Source: an uncultured Ignavibacteria bacterium (lineage in GTDB: Bacteria; Zixibacteria; MSB-5A5; JAABVY01). From it: a stretch of 64,000 nucleotides of DNA. The DNA lies in NCBI GenBank assembly GCA_964496505.1, contig CAZBZV010000008.1, positions 14,328 through 78,327 of the forward strand, read 5' to 3'. The notes under the pieces are model-generated. The model saw only the letters and a program-made list of their open reading frames with translations. It did no database searches and was not told the origin of the DNA. Numbering within the stretch: position 1 is the first letter of the stretch; every line of letters starts with the position of its first letter. Below are positions 7,672 to 16,308 of the stretch, one piece after another. The translations under genes and the position numbers were made by a program.

Positions 7672-8741
7672 AAAAGCGCTTATCATTTCTGGATAGATTT
7701 CTGACATTGTGGATTTTCCTGGCTATGGCGGTCGGCGTAGGTGCAGGGTATTTCTTCCCAAACGTTGCCGGTTTCTGGAATAAGTTCAGCGTGGGCACTA
7801 CCAATACTCCGATTGCAATCGGGCTTATACTTATGATGTATCCGCCTCTAGCGAAAGTACGCTATGAGGAACTGGGCAAGGTCTTCCGCAATTTCAAAAT
7901 ACTTGGCCTGAGCCTGGTGCAGAACTGGGCTATCGGTCCGGTCTTGATGTTCGTGCTGGCGATTGTTTTCCTTCACAACTACCCGGAATATATGGTAGGC
8001 CTGATTATGATCGGTCTGGCACGATGTATCGCCATGGTTATCGTATGGAATGACCTGGCCGAGGGTGACCCGGAGTATGCCGCCGGACTGGTGGCATTTA
8101 ACTCTGTCTTTCAGGTGATATTCTATTCGGTGTTTGCATGGATTTTTGTGACCAAGCTGCCTCCCCTGTTTGGATTATCGGGAGCGGTGGTGGATATTAC
8201 TATCGGCGAAATCGCCAAAAGTGTTTTTATATATCTGGGGATACCGTTTATAGCCGGAATTATTACCCGTTTCTCGTTAATCGCTCTCAAGAGCAAGGAA
8301 TGGTATCATTCTGAATTCATACCGCGTATCAGCCCGATAACATTGATTGCGCTGCTGTTTACGATCATAGTCATGTTCTCGCTCAAGGGCGAATATATTG
8401 TCAAGATACCGCTTGATGTTGTCCGTATCGCGATTCCGCTGTTGATTTATTTCGTGTTCATGTTCCTGATCAGCTTTTTTCTCAGCAAGAAGGCGGGGGC
8501 CAATTACAGCCAGTCGGTAACTTTGAGCTTTACAGCCGCCTCGAACAATTTCGAGCTGGCGATCGCGGTGGCGGTTGGGGTCTTCGGTATCAATTCGGGT
8601 GTGGCTTTTGCGGCGGTAATTGGCCCGCTGGTGGAAGTACCGGTCTTGATAGCGCTTGTCAATGTCGCTTTCTGGATCAGGCGAAAGTTTTACGGCGATG
8701 AGCTGCAGATGTCGCCAAGGCAGGTGTATGAACGGGGATAA
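7668..8741 (+). CDS. acr3: ACR3-family arsenite efflux transporter
   Basis: 357 aa. [13 protein letters not shown]...[22 protein letters not shown] and the overall 10-TM pattern are typical of ACR3. The ATG overlaps the arsC stop (ATGA). Confidence 0.9.
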   Translation: MKKRLSFLDRFLTLWIFLAMAVGVGAGYFFPNVAGFWNKFSVGTTNTPIAIGLILMMYPPLAKVRYEELGKVFRNFKILGLSLVQNWAIGPVLMFVLAIVFLHNYPEYMVGLIMIGLARCIAMVIVWNDLAEGDPEYAAGLVAFNSVFQVIFYSVFAWIFVTKLPPLFGLSGAVVDITIGEIAKSVFIYLGIPFIAGIITRFSLIALKSKEWYHSEFIPRISPITLIALLFTIIVMFSLKGEYIVKIPLDVVRIAIPLLIYFVFMFLISFFLSKKAGANYSQSVTLSFTAASNNFELAIAVAVGVFGINSGVAFAAVIGPLVEVPVLIALVNVAFWIRRKFYGDELQMSPRQVYERG

Positions 8742-8779
8742 AGGCCTTTAAGATAAATCGTGGTTCACTCAATTTAGGA

Positions 8780-9463
8780 TTAATATATTTCACTGCGTAT
8801 TGACTTTAAGAGCTCATCAATCTGACCGAGTATGCCATCCCGGTCATCCTCCTCAGCGGTTACATATTGGATTAGTAGCTCTCCGCAATCGACCATAATT
8901 TTGGGCAAACCGGCTTCAGGTGACCAGGTGCCGGCAAAATAATAAGGCCGGATATAGAACTCATAGACAACGCCATCAGCAAGCAAAAGCTCTTTTTCAG
9001 AATATCTTGTCTTTTTTTTCAAAACCTCGCTCCAGATGTTCAAAATCCTCTCAGCAATCTCATTTGGAATAATCGCGGTTTTCCTAGCTACACCAACATT
9101 CTCTCTCAAATCGAGAATGGAAACGCTGTCATTAATATCCGTCCAGTTCCAGATATGCTCTTCGGCCACAGCATATTCGAGTTCATAATGGAACCGGTAA
9201 CCATTGTCCTCTATTTTTCTCAGGATAACAGCGTATTCAACCCGAAAACTTGGTCGTACCATCATCCATAATGAGGGCCATGGATCCTTTATAAGAGTCT
9301 TAAAAACCACTTCATGGTAACCAGCACCAGAATGATCATACGGTTTTATTGGTGCCATACTTTCAGGGGTATACTGTGCTTTAGCATCCGGTCTCAGGAC
9401 TAACATTAAGGCAATTGTTGCAAGCAGTAGACAGCAGGCCAAATATATTTTGGATCGTTTCAA
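8780..9463 (-). CDS. hypothetical exported protein
   Basis: 227-aa ORF with an N-terminal signal peptide (LACCLLLATIALMLVLRPDAKAQ). It is convergent with acr3. I recognise no family. Confidence 0.45.
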   Translation of the reverse strand: MKRSKIYLACCLLLATIALMLVLRPDAKAQYTPESMAPIKPYDHSGAGYHEVVFKTLIKDPWPSLWMMVRPSFRVEYAVILRKIEDNGYRFHYELEYAVAEEHIWNWTDINDSVSILDLRENVGVARKTAIIPNEIAERILNIWSEVLKKKTRYSEKELLLADGVVYEFYIRPYYFAGTWSPEAGLPKIMVDCGELLIQYVTAEEDDRDGILGQIDELLKSIRSEIY

Positions 9464-9552
9464 AATTCACCTCCCCAGATTGTGTTATAAATCATTTGGG
9501 ACCACTTTATCTTATTATAAATCCATCAAAGATCATGGACCATTGGAATGTT

Positions 9553-9762
9553 TTATTCCCGTACCAGAAGAACATTTATCGCTTTTACGATGACTTTTAC
9601 ATTTTCGCCTTCTTTTATTCCGAGGTCCTCGATTGATTCTGTGGTCATAACCGAATTCATAACGGAATCCGCCGGGATTTCAAGGGTAACCTGTCCCATG
9701 ACATCGCCCTTTTTGATTTTCGTAATCTTACCTTCGATTTGATTTCTGGCGCCGTATTTCAT
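9553..9762 (-). CDS. mop: TOBE-domain molybdate/tungstate-binding protein (Mop-like)
   Basis: 69 aa. SARNQ-type start (GARNQIEGKITKIKKGDVMGQVTLEI...KAINVLL) is the single TOBE/Mop fold signature. Confidence 0.8.
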   Translation of the reverse strand: MKYGARNQIEGKITKIKKGDVMGQVTLEIPADSVMNSVMTTESIEDLGIKEGENVKVIVKAINVLLVRE

Positions 9763-9937
9763 AAAGTCCTCCGTGATATAGGGTTTACTTATTATGATTT
9801 GAATTATAATTTAATATTTGCTCGGCTAAAATTAAAAACAGCTTTTATTATTGAGATGTCAAGATAAATGAAGTTATACCTTTTTTTCATCGAATAAAGG
9901 TTCCACCCGGCTGTATAAATATTGCAAGGAGGTTAAT

Positions 9938-10144
9938 ATGTACGCGGTTATTGATTTCTTCAACAGCCGGGTCAAGAGATTCACTATCTTCGACGTCAAA
10001 CTTCTTCAGGGAATAGGAATCTTCACGGCCCTGATTCTGGCCAAATTATTTCCCCCGATCATGGAGATAAGTATCTGGTGGTTCGTGGCATTGCTTCTGA
10101 TCTGCACGATCAGGCCGTTTTATTTGATGTATATACGGAAGTAG
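9938..10144 (+). CDS. small two-TM membrane protein, hypothetical
   Basis: 68-aa ORF preceded by a strong AAGGAGG 6 nt upstream of the ATG, with two hydrophobic helices. Confidence 0.45.
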   Translation: MYAVIDFFNSRVKRFTIFDVKLLQGIGIFTALILAKLFPPIMEISIWWFVALLLICTIRPFYLMYIRK

Positions 10145-10252
10145 TGCGGCAGTTCTTAATAATTAAGGCAGTTTATTCCGGACAATCAAAAAAACCAGCC
10201 ATTAATCGAGTTATCATAGTAAATAATTATAGGTTCAAGAATATTATTTTAA

Positions 10253-10281
10253 TTGACCGATTTGGTCCGAAATGGTATATT
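10253..10281 (+). promoter_or_regulatory. near-consensus sigma70-like promoter in an intergenic region
   Basis: TTGACC (10253-10258), exactly 17 nt spacer, TATATT (10276-10281). No ORF of meaningful size follows. Confidence 0.3.
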
Positions 10282-10287
10282 ATAAAT

Positions 10288-10358
10288 ACCCTTTCATTTA
10301 AACCTACCCTATAAGATGTGGTGTCTATAGACCGGCCGCTCGGCCGGTCGTTTTTTTT
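10288..10358 (+). ncRNA. candidate ~70-nt small RNA (promoter-to-terminator unit)
   Basis: The predicted TSS is about 7 nt after the -10. The transcript would end at the GC-rich hairpin plus T8 at 10330-10358. The only ATG-initiated ORF inside is 4 codons long. Confidence 0.25.
10330..10358 (+). terminator. rho-independent terminator
   Basis: GACCGGC-CGCTCG-GCCGGTC stem-loop followed by G and eight T. Confidence 0.7.
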
Positions 10359-10432
10359 GGGCTCAGTCTGACTGCAAAACGTGATGAAAGCGAAAAACTT
10401 TTTACAAACGGCTTAAATTATGCCCATAAATC

Positions 10433-10460
10433 AAAAAGCCTCCGCAAGTTAGAGGCTTTT
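10433..10460 (-). terminator. rho-independent terminator downstream of tRNA-Ala (flanked by A-run and T-run, so possibly bidirectional)
   Basis: AAGCCTC (10436-10442) pairs with GAGGCTT (10452-10458) around a 9-nt loop. The minus strand reads the hairpin followed by TTTTTGA. Confidence 0.6.
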
Positions 10461-10481
10461 GCGGAAGCTTTCAAAAATTTA

Positions 10482-10554
10482 TGGAGCCGAGGGGAGTCGA
10501 ACCCCTGACCTCTTGACTGCCAGTCAAGCGTTCTCCCAACTGAACTACGGCCCC
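10482..10554 (-). tRNA. tRNA-Ala (anticodon GGC)
   Basis: The reverse complement is GGGGCCGTAGTTCAGTTGGGAGAACGCTTGACTGGCAGTCAAGAGGTCAGGGGTTCGACTCCCCTCGGCTCCA. It has a 7-bp acceptor stem with the G3:U70 alanine identity pair, anticodon loop CTGGCAG and T-loop GGTTCGACTCC. CCA is not encoded. Confidence 0.9.
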
Positions 10555-10705
10555 AGAGGTTTTTCCAATATATTCTCTATCGGTATTCTGTCAAGCCATT
10601 TTATACCGATTTTAAGATGGTTTGATCCGATTATATTTGCAAACTTTAGGTTGATTTCAGTGTAAAATGATGTAAATTCCGGAAAATAAACCCGCGAGGA
10701 GAGAC

Positions 10706-11698
10706 ATGAAAAAAGCGCTATTACTATTTCTAACGGTATCATTCACATTGATTTTCGCATTCAACCTGTCGGCCCAGGAAGCGAAACTGGGGAAATTGAT
10801 CTTCGAGGACGGCAAATATCCGCAGGCGGTCGGAAATACCGGCCTGATATCGTTTTACCAGTTCACGGATGATCTCGGAAATGTCAATCTGCGGCTCGTG
10901 ACCGCCGATCCAAAAACAGGCGAAATCGAACCTGTAGATCTGGAATTCGAGGATTCCCCCCCTATGGGCTCGATTGCCTGGTCAAAGGACGGCGAAAATA
11001 TGGCGCATGTGCGCAAGGATTACACGGTCTGCGATATCTATTCCATGCCGCGTGGCAATCCCGATTCTCTAATCAAACTGACGGATTTGACTCAATATAT
11101 TCCGGAAATGGATACGGCCCGCATGAATCTTTACAAGTTAGAAGAGAAAATGCTTTTAAATGCGGCTTATCTGGAATGGTCTTATGACAACGAGAAGATG
11201 GTTTTTACACTTCTGAGGGTTGTGGATGCGGGAATGTATATGCTGGATATACCGACAGGCCAGACACGTCAGATCGTTCCCAAGAAGATGATGGCCGGTT
11301 CGCCAAGCTGGGCGCCGGATAATGAAACGCTTTATTTCGGCGGAAAGGATCCTTCGGGCGAACGATCCAACCCGGATATTTACAAGTTTACAGTAAGCGA
11401 TTATTCTGTAGAGACGGTTTTGAATTCATCCGCCTCCGAGTTATATCCGGAGGTTTCACGTGATGGTAAGTATCTGGTATATACCAAAATGGCTCCGGGA
11501 GAACGTCAGACAGTCTATGTTTACGATATCGAAAACGACCGCTGGGCTCAGCTTGTATATCTGGACAAAACCGGCGCGGCGTCATTTCCGATGTGGTCTG
11601 CTGACGGCAAGTCGGTTATATATCAGTTGATCGTGCCGGGGAATACATACCCCGATTTATATCAGATAGATTTTGATCCCTCGATTTTCGATAAATGA
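10706..11698 (+). CDS. exported TolB-like PD40/WD40 beta-propeller repeat protein
   Basis: Signal peptide, then repeated PD40-type blades: SIAWSKDGENMAHV, GSPSWAPDNETLYFGG, ELYPEVSRDGKYLVYT and SFPMWSADGKSVIY. Confidence 0.7.
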   Translation: MKKALLLFLTVSFTLIFAFNLSAQEAKLGKLIFEDGKYPQAVGNTGLISFYQFTDDLGNVNLRLVTADPKTGEIEPVDLEFEDSPPMGSIAWSKDGENMAHVRKDYTVCDIYSMPRGNPDSLIKLTDLTQYIPEMDTARMNLYKLEEKMLLNAAYLEWSYDNEKMVFTLLRVVDAGMYMLDIPTGQTRQIVPKKMMAGSPSWAPDNETLYFGGKDPSGERSNPDIYKFTVSDYSVETVLNSSASELYPEVSRDGKYLVYTKMAPGERQTVYVYDIENDRWAQLVYLDKTGAASFPMWSADGKSVIYQLIVPGNTYPDLYQIDFDPSIFDK

Positions 11699-11704
11699 TT
11701 TATG

Positions 11705-11804
11705 CGGTCATTCTGAGCGAAGCGAAGAATCTGTTTGAATCGTAGAGATTCTTCGGCCCGTCAGCAGCCGGATTTACAATCGCTTCACTCCCTCAGAATG
11801 ACGG
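11705..11804. repeat. nested palindromic (REP-like) intergenic element
   Basis: Outer 11-bp stem GTCATTCTGAG (11707-11717) / CTCAGAATGAC (11792-11802). Inner 10-bp stem CGAAGAATCT (11723-11732) / AGATTCTTCG (11746-11755). The GTCATTCTGAGCGAAGCGAAGAATC core resembles a repeat I recall from many environmental genomes. Confidence 0.45.
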
Positions 11805-11835
11805 TTTCAATTATTTTTTATATGAGTTTTAGCAG

Positions 11836-11861
11836 GCCGGGCTCCCGTGCCCGGCTTTTTA
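11836..11861 (+). terminator. rho-independent terminator after the PD40 gene
   Basis: GCCGGGC-tcccgt-GCCCGGC followed by TTTTTATT. Confidence 0.7.
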
Positions 11862-11923
11862 TTGCAGCGCTCTTGTGAACTAAAACCTTGCATAATACCC
11901 CGGCTGTTTATTAATTAAGAATT

Positions 11924-13624
11924 ATGATTTCGAGATTACATATCTCCGACTTTGCCATAGTCTCCGATCTTAATGTCGAGTTTTTTTCCGGTATGAATAT
12001 CCTTTCTGGTGAAACCGGGGCAGGCAAATCGATAATAATCGGCGCTTTGAATTTGCTTGTGGGTGAACGTGCCCAGACCGAGATGATCCGCACCGGAAAT
12101 GAGATGGCGGTGGTAGAGGGCTATTTTAAGCCTGCCAGAAAGACATCGGAGATATTAAAACGGATGGATATCGATCCCGGCAGCGAGCATTTAGAAATCC
12201 GCCGTGAGATACGCAGGAATGCCTCCTCGCGATGTTTCCTGAACGGCCAGATGGTTACGGTGGCAGACCTTAAAAGGCTTGGCGCGGAGCTTGTCGACCT
12301 GGTGGGACAACATCACCAGCAGCTTCTTCTGGATTCGGCAAATCATATCGGCTTTCTTGATGATTTCGCATCTAATCATGCAAATCTCGAAAAGTACCGG
12401 GAGCTTTATAAGCGTTATCAGAAAACGAAAACAGAGCTGGGGGAGCTCAAAAGGAAAATCGCGCGTGAGAAGGAGAAGATGGAGCTGTACAGGTTTCAGA
12501 TCCAGGAGATCGATGCTGCCAGGCTGTCTTCTGACGAAGAGGATGAGCTGAACCGAGAACGCCAGCTTTTAGAGAATGCGGAGACATTGAAGACCTCGTA
12601 CTACGGTATCTCCGAGCAGATTTATCATGGCGAGGGGTCGGTTACGGAGCTTCTAAATAATGCTATCTCTGTGCTTGAACCGTTGAAGAAATATGATGAC
12701 AGCCTTGAGGACACCCTGAAATCGATTAAAAGCAGCCTGTTCAATCTTCAGGAAGCGGGACGCACGCTGGAGAGCCGTTCACAGGAGATCGAGCACGATC
12801 CCCAGCGCCTGTCCGAGGTCGAGGAACGTCTGGATACATATTATAATCTCAAGAAAAAATACGGCGGATCGCTGGAAGAGCTTTTCAGATACAGGGAAGA
12901 AATCGGACAAGCGAAGGATTCCTTTCAGGACAGCTCGGATCAGCTCTCAGAACTTGAGGAAGTTGTTAAAGCCAGTCTGGTCCAGCTTTGTTCATTGGCT
13001 GACAGCCTCTCCTCTGCCCGACAAAAATCGGCGGCGAAGCTTTCTAAGAGTGTGGAAAAGGAGCTTGCCAATCTTCTGATGGGCAAAGTTGAATTTGAGG
13101 TTAAGATAAGCTCTGACGAGGCTTCCAGGGGTGAGTATGAAAAAGACGGTAAAATCCTGGTATTGGGACCGGACGGATATGACATTGTCGAATTTTTGTT
13201 TTCACCCAATCCGGGCGAAGAGAAAAAACCCTTGGCGAAGATTGCCTCAGGCGGTGAATTATCCCGCGTTCTTCTGGCAATCAAGACGATAGTCTCCGGC
13301 AAAAACAAGAGCAGTTGTTTGATATTCGATGAGATCGATTCCGGTATCGGAGGTAAGACCGCCTCGGCAGTCGGCAGGAGCTTGCAGGATCTTTCGAAAA
13401 AACATCAGGTGCTGGTAATAACCCATCTCCAGCAAATAGCCGCATTCGGGGAAAATCATTATCTCGTTTTCAAAGAAAAATCGAATGGCCGTATGATTAC
13501 TCAAATCAGGAAGCTTACCCTGAAACAGCGCAAAGAGGAACTGGGACGGATGATTTCGGGTGAAAAGGTTACGGAATTGTCATTAAAACAGGCGGAGGAG
13601 CTTCTGGATAAAGGCAAACGGTAG
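11924..13624 (+). CDS. recN: DNA repair protein RecN
   Basis: 566 aa. N-terminal LHISDFAIVSDLNVEFFSGMNILSGETGAGKSIIIGAL (Walker A), a long coiled coil, and C-terminal ASGGELSRVLLAIK...LIFDEIDSGIGG (signature and Walker B). Confidence 0.92.
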   Translation: MISRLHISDFAIVSDLNVEFFSGMNILSGETGAGKSIIIGALNLLVGERAQTEMIRTGNEMAVVEGYFKPARKTSEILKRMDIDPGSEHLEIRREIRRNASSRCFLNGQMVTVADLKRLGAELVDLVGQHHQQLLLDSANHIGFLDDFASNHANLEKYRELYKRYQKTKTELGELKRKIAREKEKMELYRFQIQEIDAARLSSDEEDELNRERQLLENAETLKTSYYGISEQIYHGEGSVTELLNNAISVLEPLKKYDDSLEDTLKSIKSSLFNLQEAGRTLESRSQEIEHDPQRLSEVEERLDTYYNLKKKYGGSLEELFRYREEIGQAKDSFQDSSDQLSELEEVVKASLVQLCSLADSLSSARQKSAAKLSKSVEKELANLLMGKVEFEVKISSDEASRGEYEKDGKILVLGPDGYDIVEFLFSPNPGEEKKPLAKIASGGELSRVLLAIKTIVSGKNKSSCLIFDEIDSGIGGKTASAVGRSLQDLSKKHQVLVITHLQQIAAFGENHYLVFKEKSNGRMITQIRKLTLKQRKEELGRMISGEKVTELSLKQAEELLDKGKR

Positions 13625-13625
13625 A

Positions 13626-15014
13626 TCAGTATTTGAATTCGATTACGATACGATGATTGTTGGCGCGGCCTTCGGCGGTCGTGTTGGTATCGATGAAATC
13701 AGTGGCGCCCATACCCACAGCCTCGATTCTCTCCCCGCCGATTCTTCTTTCCACCAGATAACTTTTGATTTTCATGGCCTCGAGCTCGGCCTTCTGCTGG
13801 CTTTCTTCCTGGCCGAGAGTGTTATCGGTATAAGCTTTGACCACAACATCAACCTCCGGGAAGTCACGCAGCGCCTGGGCTATATTATCAAGTGTACGCA
13901 GTGACCTGAAGTCAATTCCGCGGCCGGATTCCGAGAAGCGCACGTTCAGGGTGCGGGAATGAAAAATCGAATCCATAATGGCACAGCCAGACTCATCAAC
14001 CGGATATCCCGGCGGAGTGTCGGCACAGGCATCAATACTGTCGGGTACGTTATCGCCGTCGCTGTCCGGAGGACAGCCGGTTGAATCGAGCGTAATCTCG
14101 GCATATATATCGGGACAGCGGTCACGGAAGTCGGGCAGGCCGTCGCCGTCAGTGTCGACCGGACAGCCGTACTCATCAACCATACCCCGTCCCTCAGGCG
14201 GCGTATCCGGGCATAGATCGATAGCATTGGGAACGCCATCCAAATCGGTGTCATCTTCCAGAAGTTCCTCAGCAGCCGCACCAGTTTCCTCCAGGTCATC
14301 ATAGGAGATACTGACCTCTCCCTTCTCCAGTCCGAAGTATACGGAGACTCCGAATTTAAGATCTCCATAGGCTCGTGAGCGGAAATCCTGAACACTATCG
14401 GCAAAATCGGCTCCAAGGCCGGTCAGGTAATTCAAAGAAGCGTCCGCATGAATGGAGATATTATCACGTACAAACCACTCGTATCCAAGGCTTCCGGTCA
14501 GCAGAAACTCTGTGGCGCTGTAATCGACGGGATCACCCTCACCGTCGGGCACCTGAATAGGATCGTCGGTAGCGACGAATTTGATTGACCAGAATGAAAG
14601 CCCCATGCCTGCCGAAATATACGGCACAAAGCTGCTGTTCCCGATTAAATGATATTTCAGTTTGGCCTTAAGTGTGTTAATTTGCCAGTAGCGGTCGGCG
14701 TCTTCCTTGCCGATTTTGTATATGGAATGCGAGACCGTATCGTTATAAACCTTGCCGAATTCGTATTCGCCCACGATCATAACCTCTTCATTGATACCGA
14801 TGCCCGCGCCAATGGCAAATGCGGGTGAGATCACCCATGGCTGCCAGGTTGGGTTCAATGCGGGCTGACGTGCCCCGGCGTTAATATAAAGCGAGAGCTT
14901 TTTCTCCAGGCCGATCTGTGCCTGGAGAGCGGATGTACCAAGGATCAGGCAGGCCAGAAATATCGTTATAATAAATGTCTTATTTTTCTTATTCATGCTC
15001 TTCATAAGCGTCAA
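13626..15014 (-). CDS. OmpA-family outer-membrane protein: N-terminal beta-barrel, thrombospondin type-3 (DxDxDG) repeats, OmpA C-terminal domain
   Basis: Signal peptide, then alternating beta-strand region. TDLDGVPNAIDLCPDTP, DTDGDGLPDFRDRCPD and DSDGDNVPDSIDACADTP are TSP3 repeats. The C-terminus reads ...GRANNHRIVIEFKY. Confidence 0.8.
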   Translation of the reverse strand: MTLMKSMNKKNKTFIITIFLACLILGTSALQAQIGLEKKLSLYINAGARQPALNPTWQPWVISPAFAIGAGIGINEEVMIVGEYEFGKVYNDTVSHSIYKIGKEDADRYWQINTLKAKLKYHLIGNSSFVPYISAGMGLSFWSIKFVATDDPIQVPDGEGDPVDYSATEFLLTGSLGYEWFVRDNISIHADASLNYLTGLGADFADSVQDFRSRAYGDLKFGVSVYFGLEKGEVSISYDDLEETGAAAEELLEDDTDLDGVPNAIDLCPDTPPEGRGMVDEYGCPVDTDGDGLPDFRDRCPDIYAEITLDSTGCPPDSDGDNVPDSIDACADTPPGYPVDESGCAIMDSIFHSRTLNVRFSESGRGIDFRSLRTLDNIAQALRDFPEVDVVVKAYTDNTLGQEESQQKAELEAMKIKSYLVERRIGGERIEAVGMGATDFIDTNTTAEGRANNHRIVIEFKY

Positions 15015-15063
15015 TAATGATAAGTTTTAGCTCTAATGGCAAGCTTTTTCTAAGCCCCTGAAA

Positions 15064-16308
15064 TCAATATGCTTTTTTAAGCTCCACGCCTGTATAGTAA
15101 GTTTTCAGTATCTGGTCGTAGCTATGTCCGGCACGGGCTCGTCCGATTGCACCGGTCTGGCACATTCCCACACCATGACCGTAGCCCTTGCCTACCGCGG
15201 TAATCTCTGTGATCTCTCCATTCATATCTCGCCATAACCTGATCTGGAAATTTGATGATGGCAATATCTGGTTCGGTTTGCCCGGACGTCTGAAGGCCCA
15301 TCTGATCTGATCCTTGAAAAACAAGAATTCGCCGTGATCGGTCAGTACCTTGAGATACGATATCCTTCCTGAGGGATACCTTTCGACCACCTCGATATCG
15401 GTTATAACCAGGGATTCATCCTGGAAATCTCTTTTTTCTGCAAGATAATCCCTGAGATAGGAGGCAAGTTCCTGCGGTTCCCAGGTCATCTCCCAGTCGT
15501 GAAATTTAGACCATTCGCAATAATTGCTGTCGTCGATACTCTGCAGATAGCCGTTTATATGCTGATCCCAGACATTAGCGACTTCCTCGGTATAACCTCC
15601 GCAGGTGGAATGATAATAGGCTGTGATGGTTTCGCCGTTGTATGTAAGAATCTCGCCGCGAGTTTCTTCAATTGCCTTATTGGCGAGGCCGTATTCTCCT
15701 CTGATGCCTATATAGACCTGATCCATAATATCATTTACCAGATCATAACGCTTTTCGGAATTAGCCACTATTCTGGAATAAGCGTAGGTTCTGGCTGCCA
15801 CAGACTGGGCTTTCAAAGCTTCGAATCCGTTTTTCTTGAGTCTACCGATTTCGGGGGGAAGGACGCCCTTTAGATAGTCCTCGATATTGAGGACGTTGAT
15901 TACCTCGATCCTGTTGTCAACCGCAAGAATCTCCAACACCCCGCGAAACTGCCTGTCATTCAGAATCACATGCGAGCCTCGCACCTTGGGGGAGACATAA
16001 ATCTTCATCAGGGCCGTATCCAGAGTAAAGCCGGTTTTTTCCGATAAAGTCAGGCCGTTTGGCAGGGATCTGGCTTTTAAAGGCGCCACCGAGTAGTAAC
16101 CCTTGGCCGTGCTGTCAGCCATGATGCAATTGAGCCTGTATGTGCCCTCGCAGTCGATTTCGATATTATCGGTCTGTAGGATTCTAACACGGATATGCGG
16201 ATGCGGAACCATCTCGGTGCCAGTTTGACGGTCGATATACGACATACGCGAACAACCGCATAGCGCAATCACTGCAAATATCAATATGTATTCAAATGTT
16301 TTTTTCAT
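15064..16308 (-). CDS. SpoIID/LytB-domain protein (lytic transglycosylase-type peptidoglycan remodelling), lipoprotein
   Basis: YYHSTCGGYTE and GHGVGMCQTGA motifs. I chose the start at MKKTFEYILIFAVIALCGC (lipobox), whose ATG overlaps the anmK stop (ATGA). The 54-codon upstream extension in the ORF track lies inside anmK. Confidence 0.8.
   Translation of the reverse strand: MKKTFEYILIFAVIALCGCSRMSYIDRQTGTEMVPHPHIRVRILQTDNIEIDCEGTYRLNCIMADSTAKGYYSVAPLKARSLPNGLTLSEKTGFTLDTALMKIYVSPKVRGSHVILNDRQFRGVLEILAVDNRIEVINVLNIEDYLKGVLPPEIGRLKKNGFEALKAQSVAARTYAYSRIVANSEKRYDLVNDIMDQVYIGIRGEYGLANKAIEETRGEILTYNGETITAYYHSTCGGYTEEVANVWDQHINGYLQSIDDSNYCEWSKFHDWEMTWEPQELASYLRDYLAEKRDFQDESLVITDIEVVERYPSGRISYLKVLTDHGEFLFFKDQIRWAFRRPGKPNQILPSSNFQIRLWRDMNGEITEITAVGKGYGHGVGMCQTGAIGRARAGHSYDQILKTYYTGVELKKAY

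Noticed and set aside
9763-9937. Possible Moco/Mo-responsive riboswitch in the leader of the TOBE (mop) gene
   Set aside because: The leader is AT-rich and lacks any of the GC-rich paired elements of the Moco RNA motif as I recall them. It reads as a plain divergent promoter region.
1478-10554. The ars region as a tRNA-Ala-targeted genomic island
   Set aside because: The 3' end of the tRNA does face the ars side, but I found no integrase, no recognisable direct repeat of the tRNA 3' end and no obvious compositional break. This cannot be decided without a repeat search.
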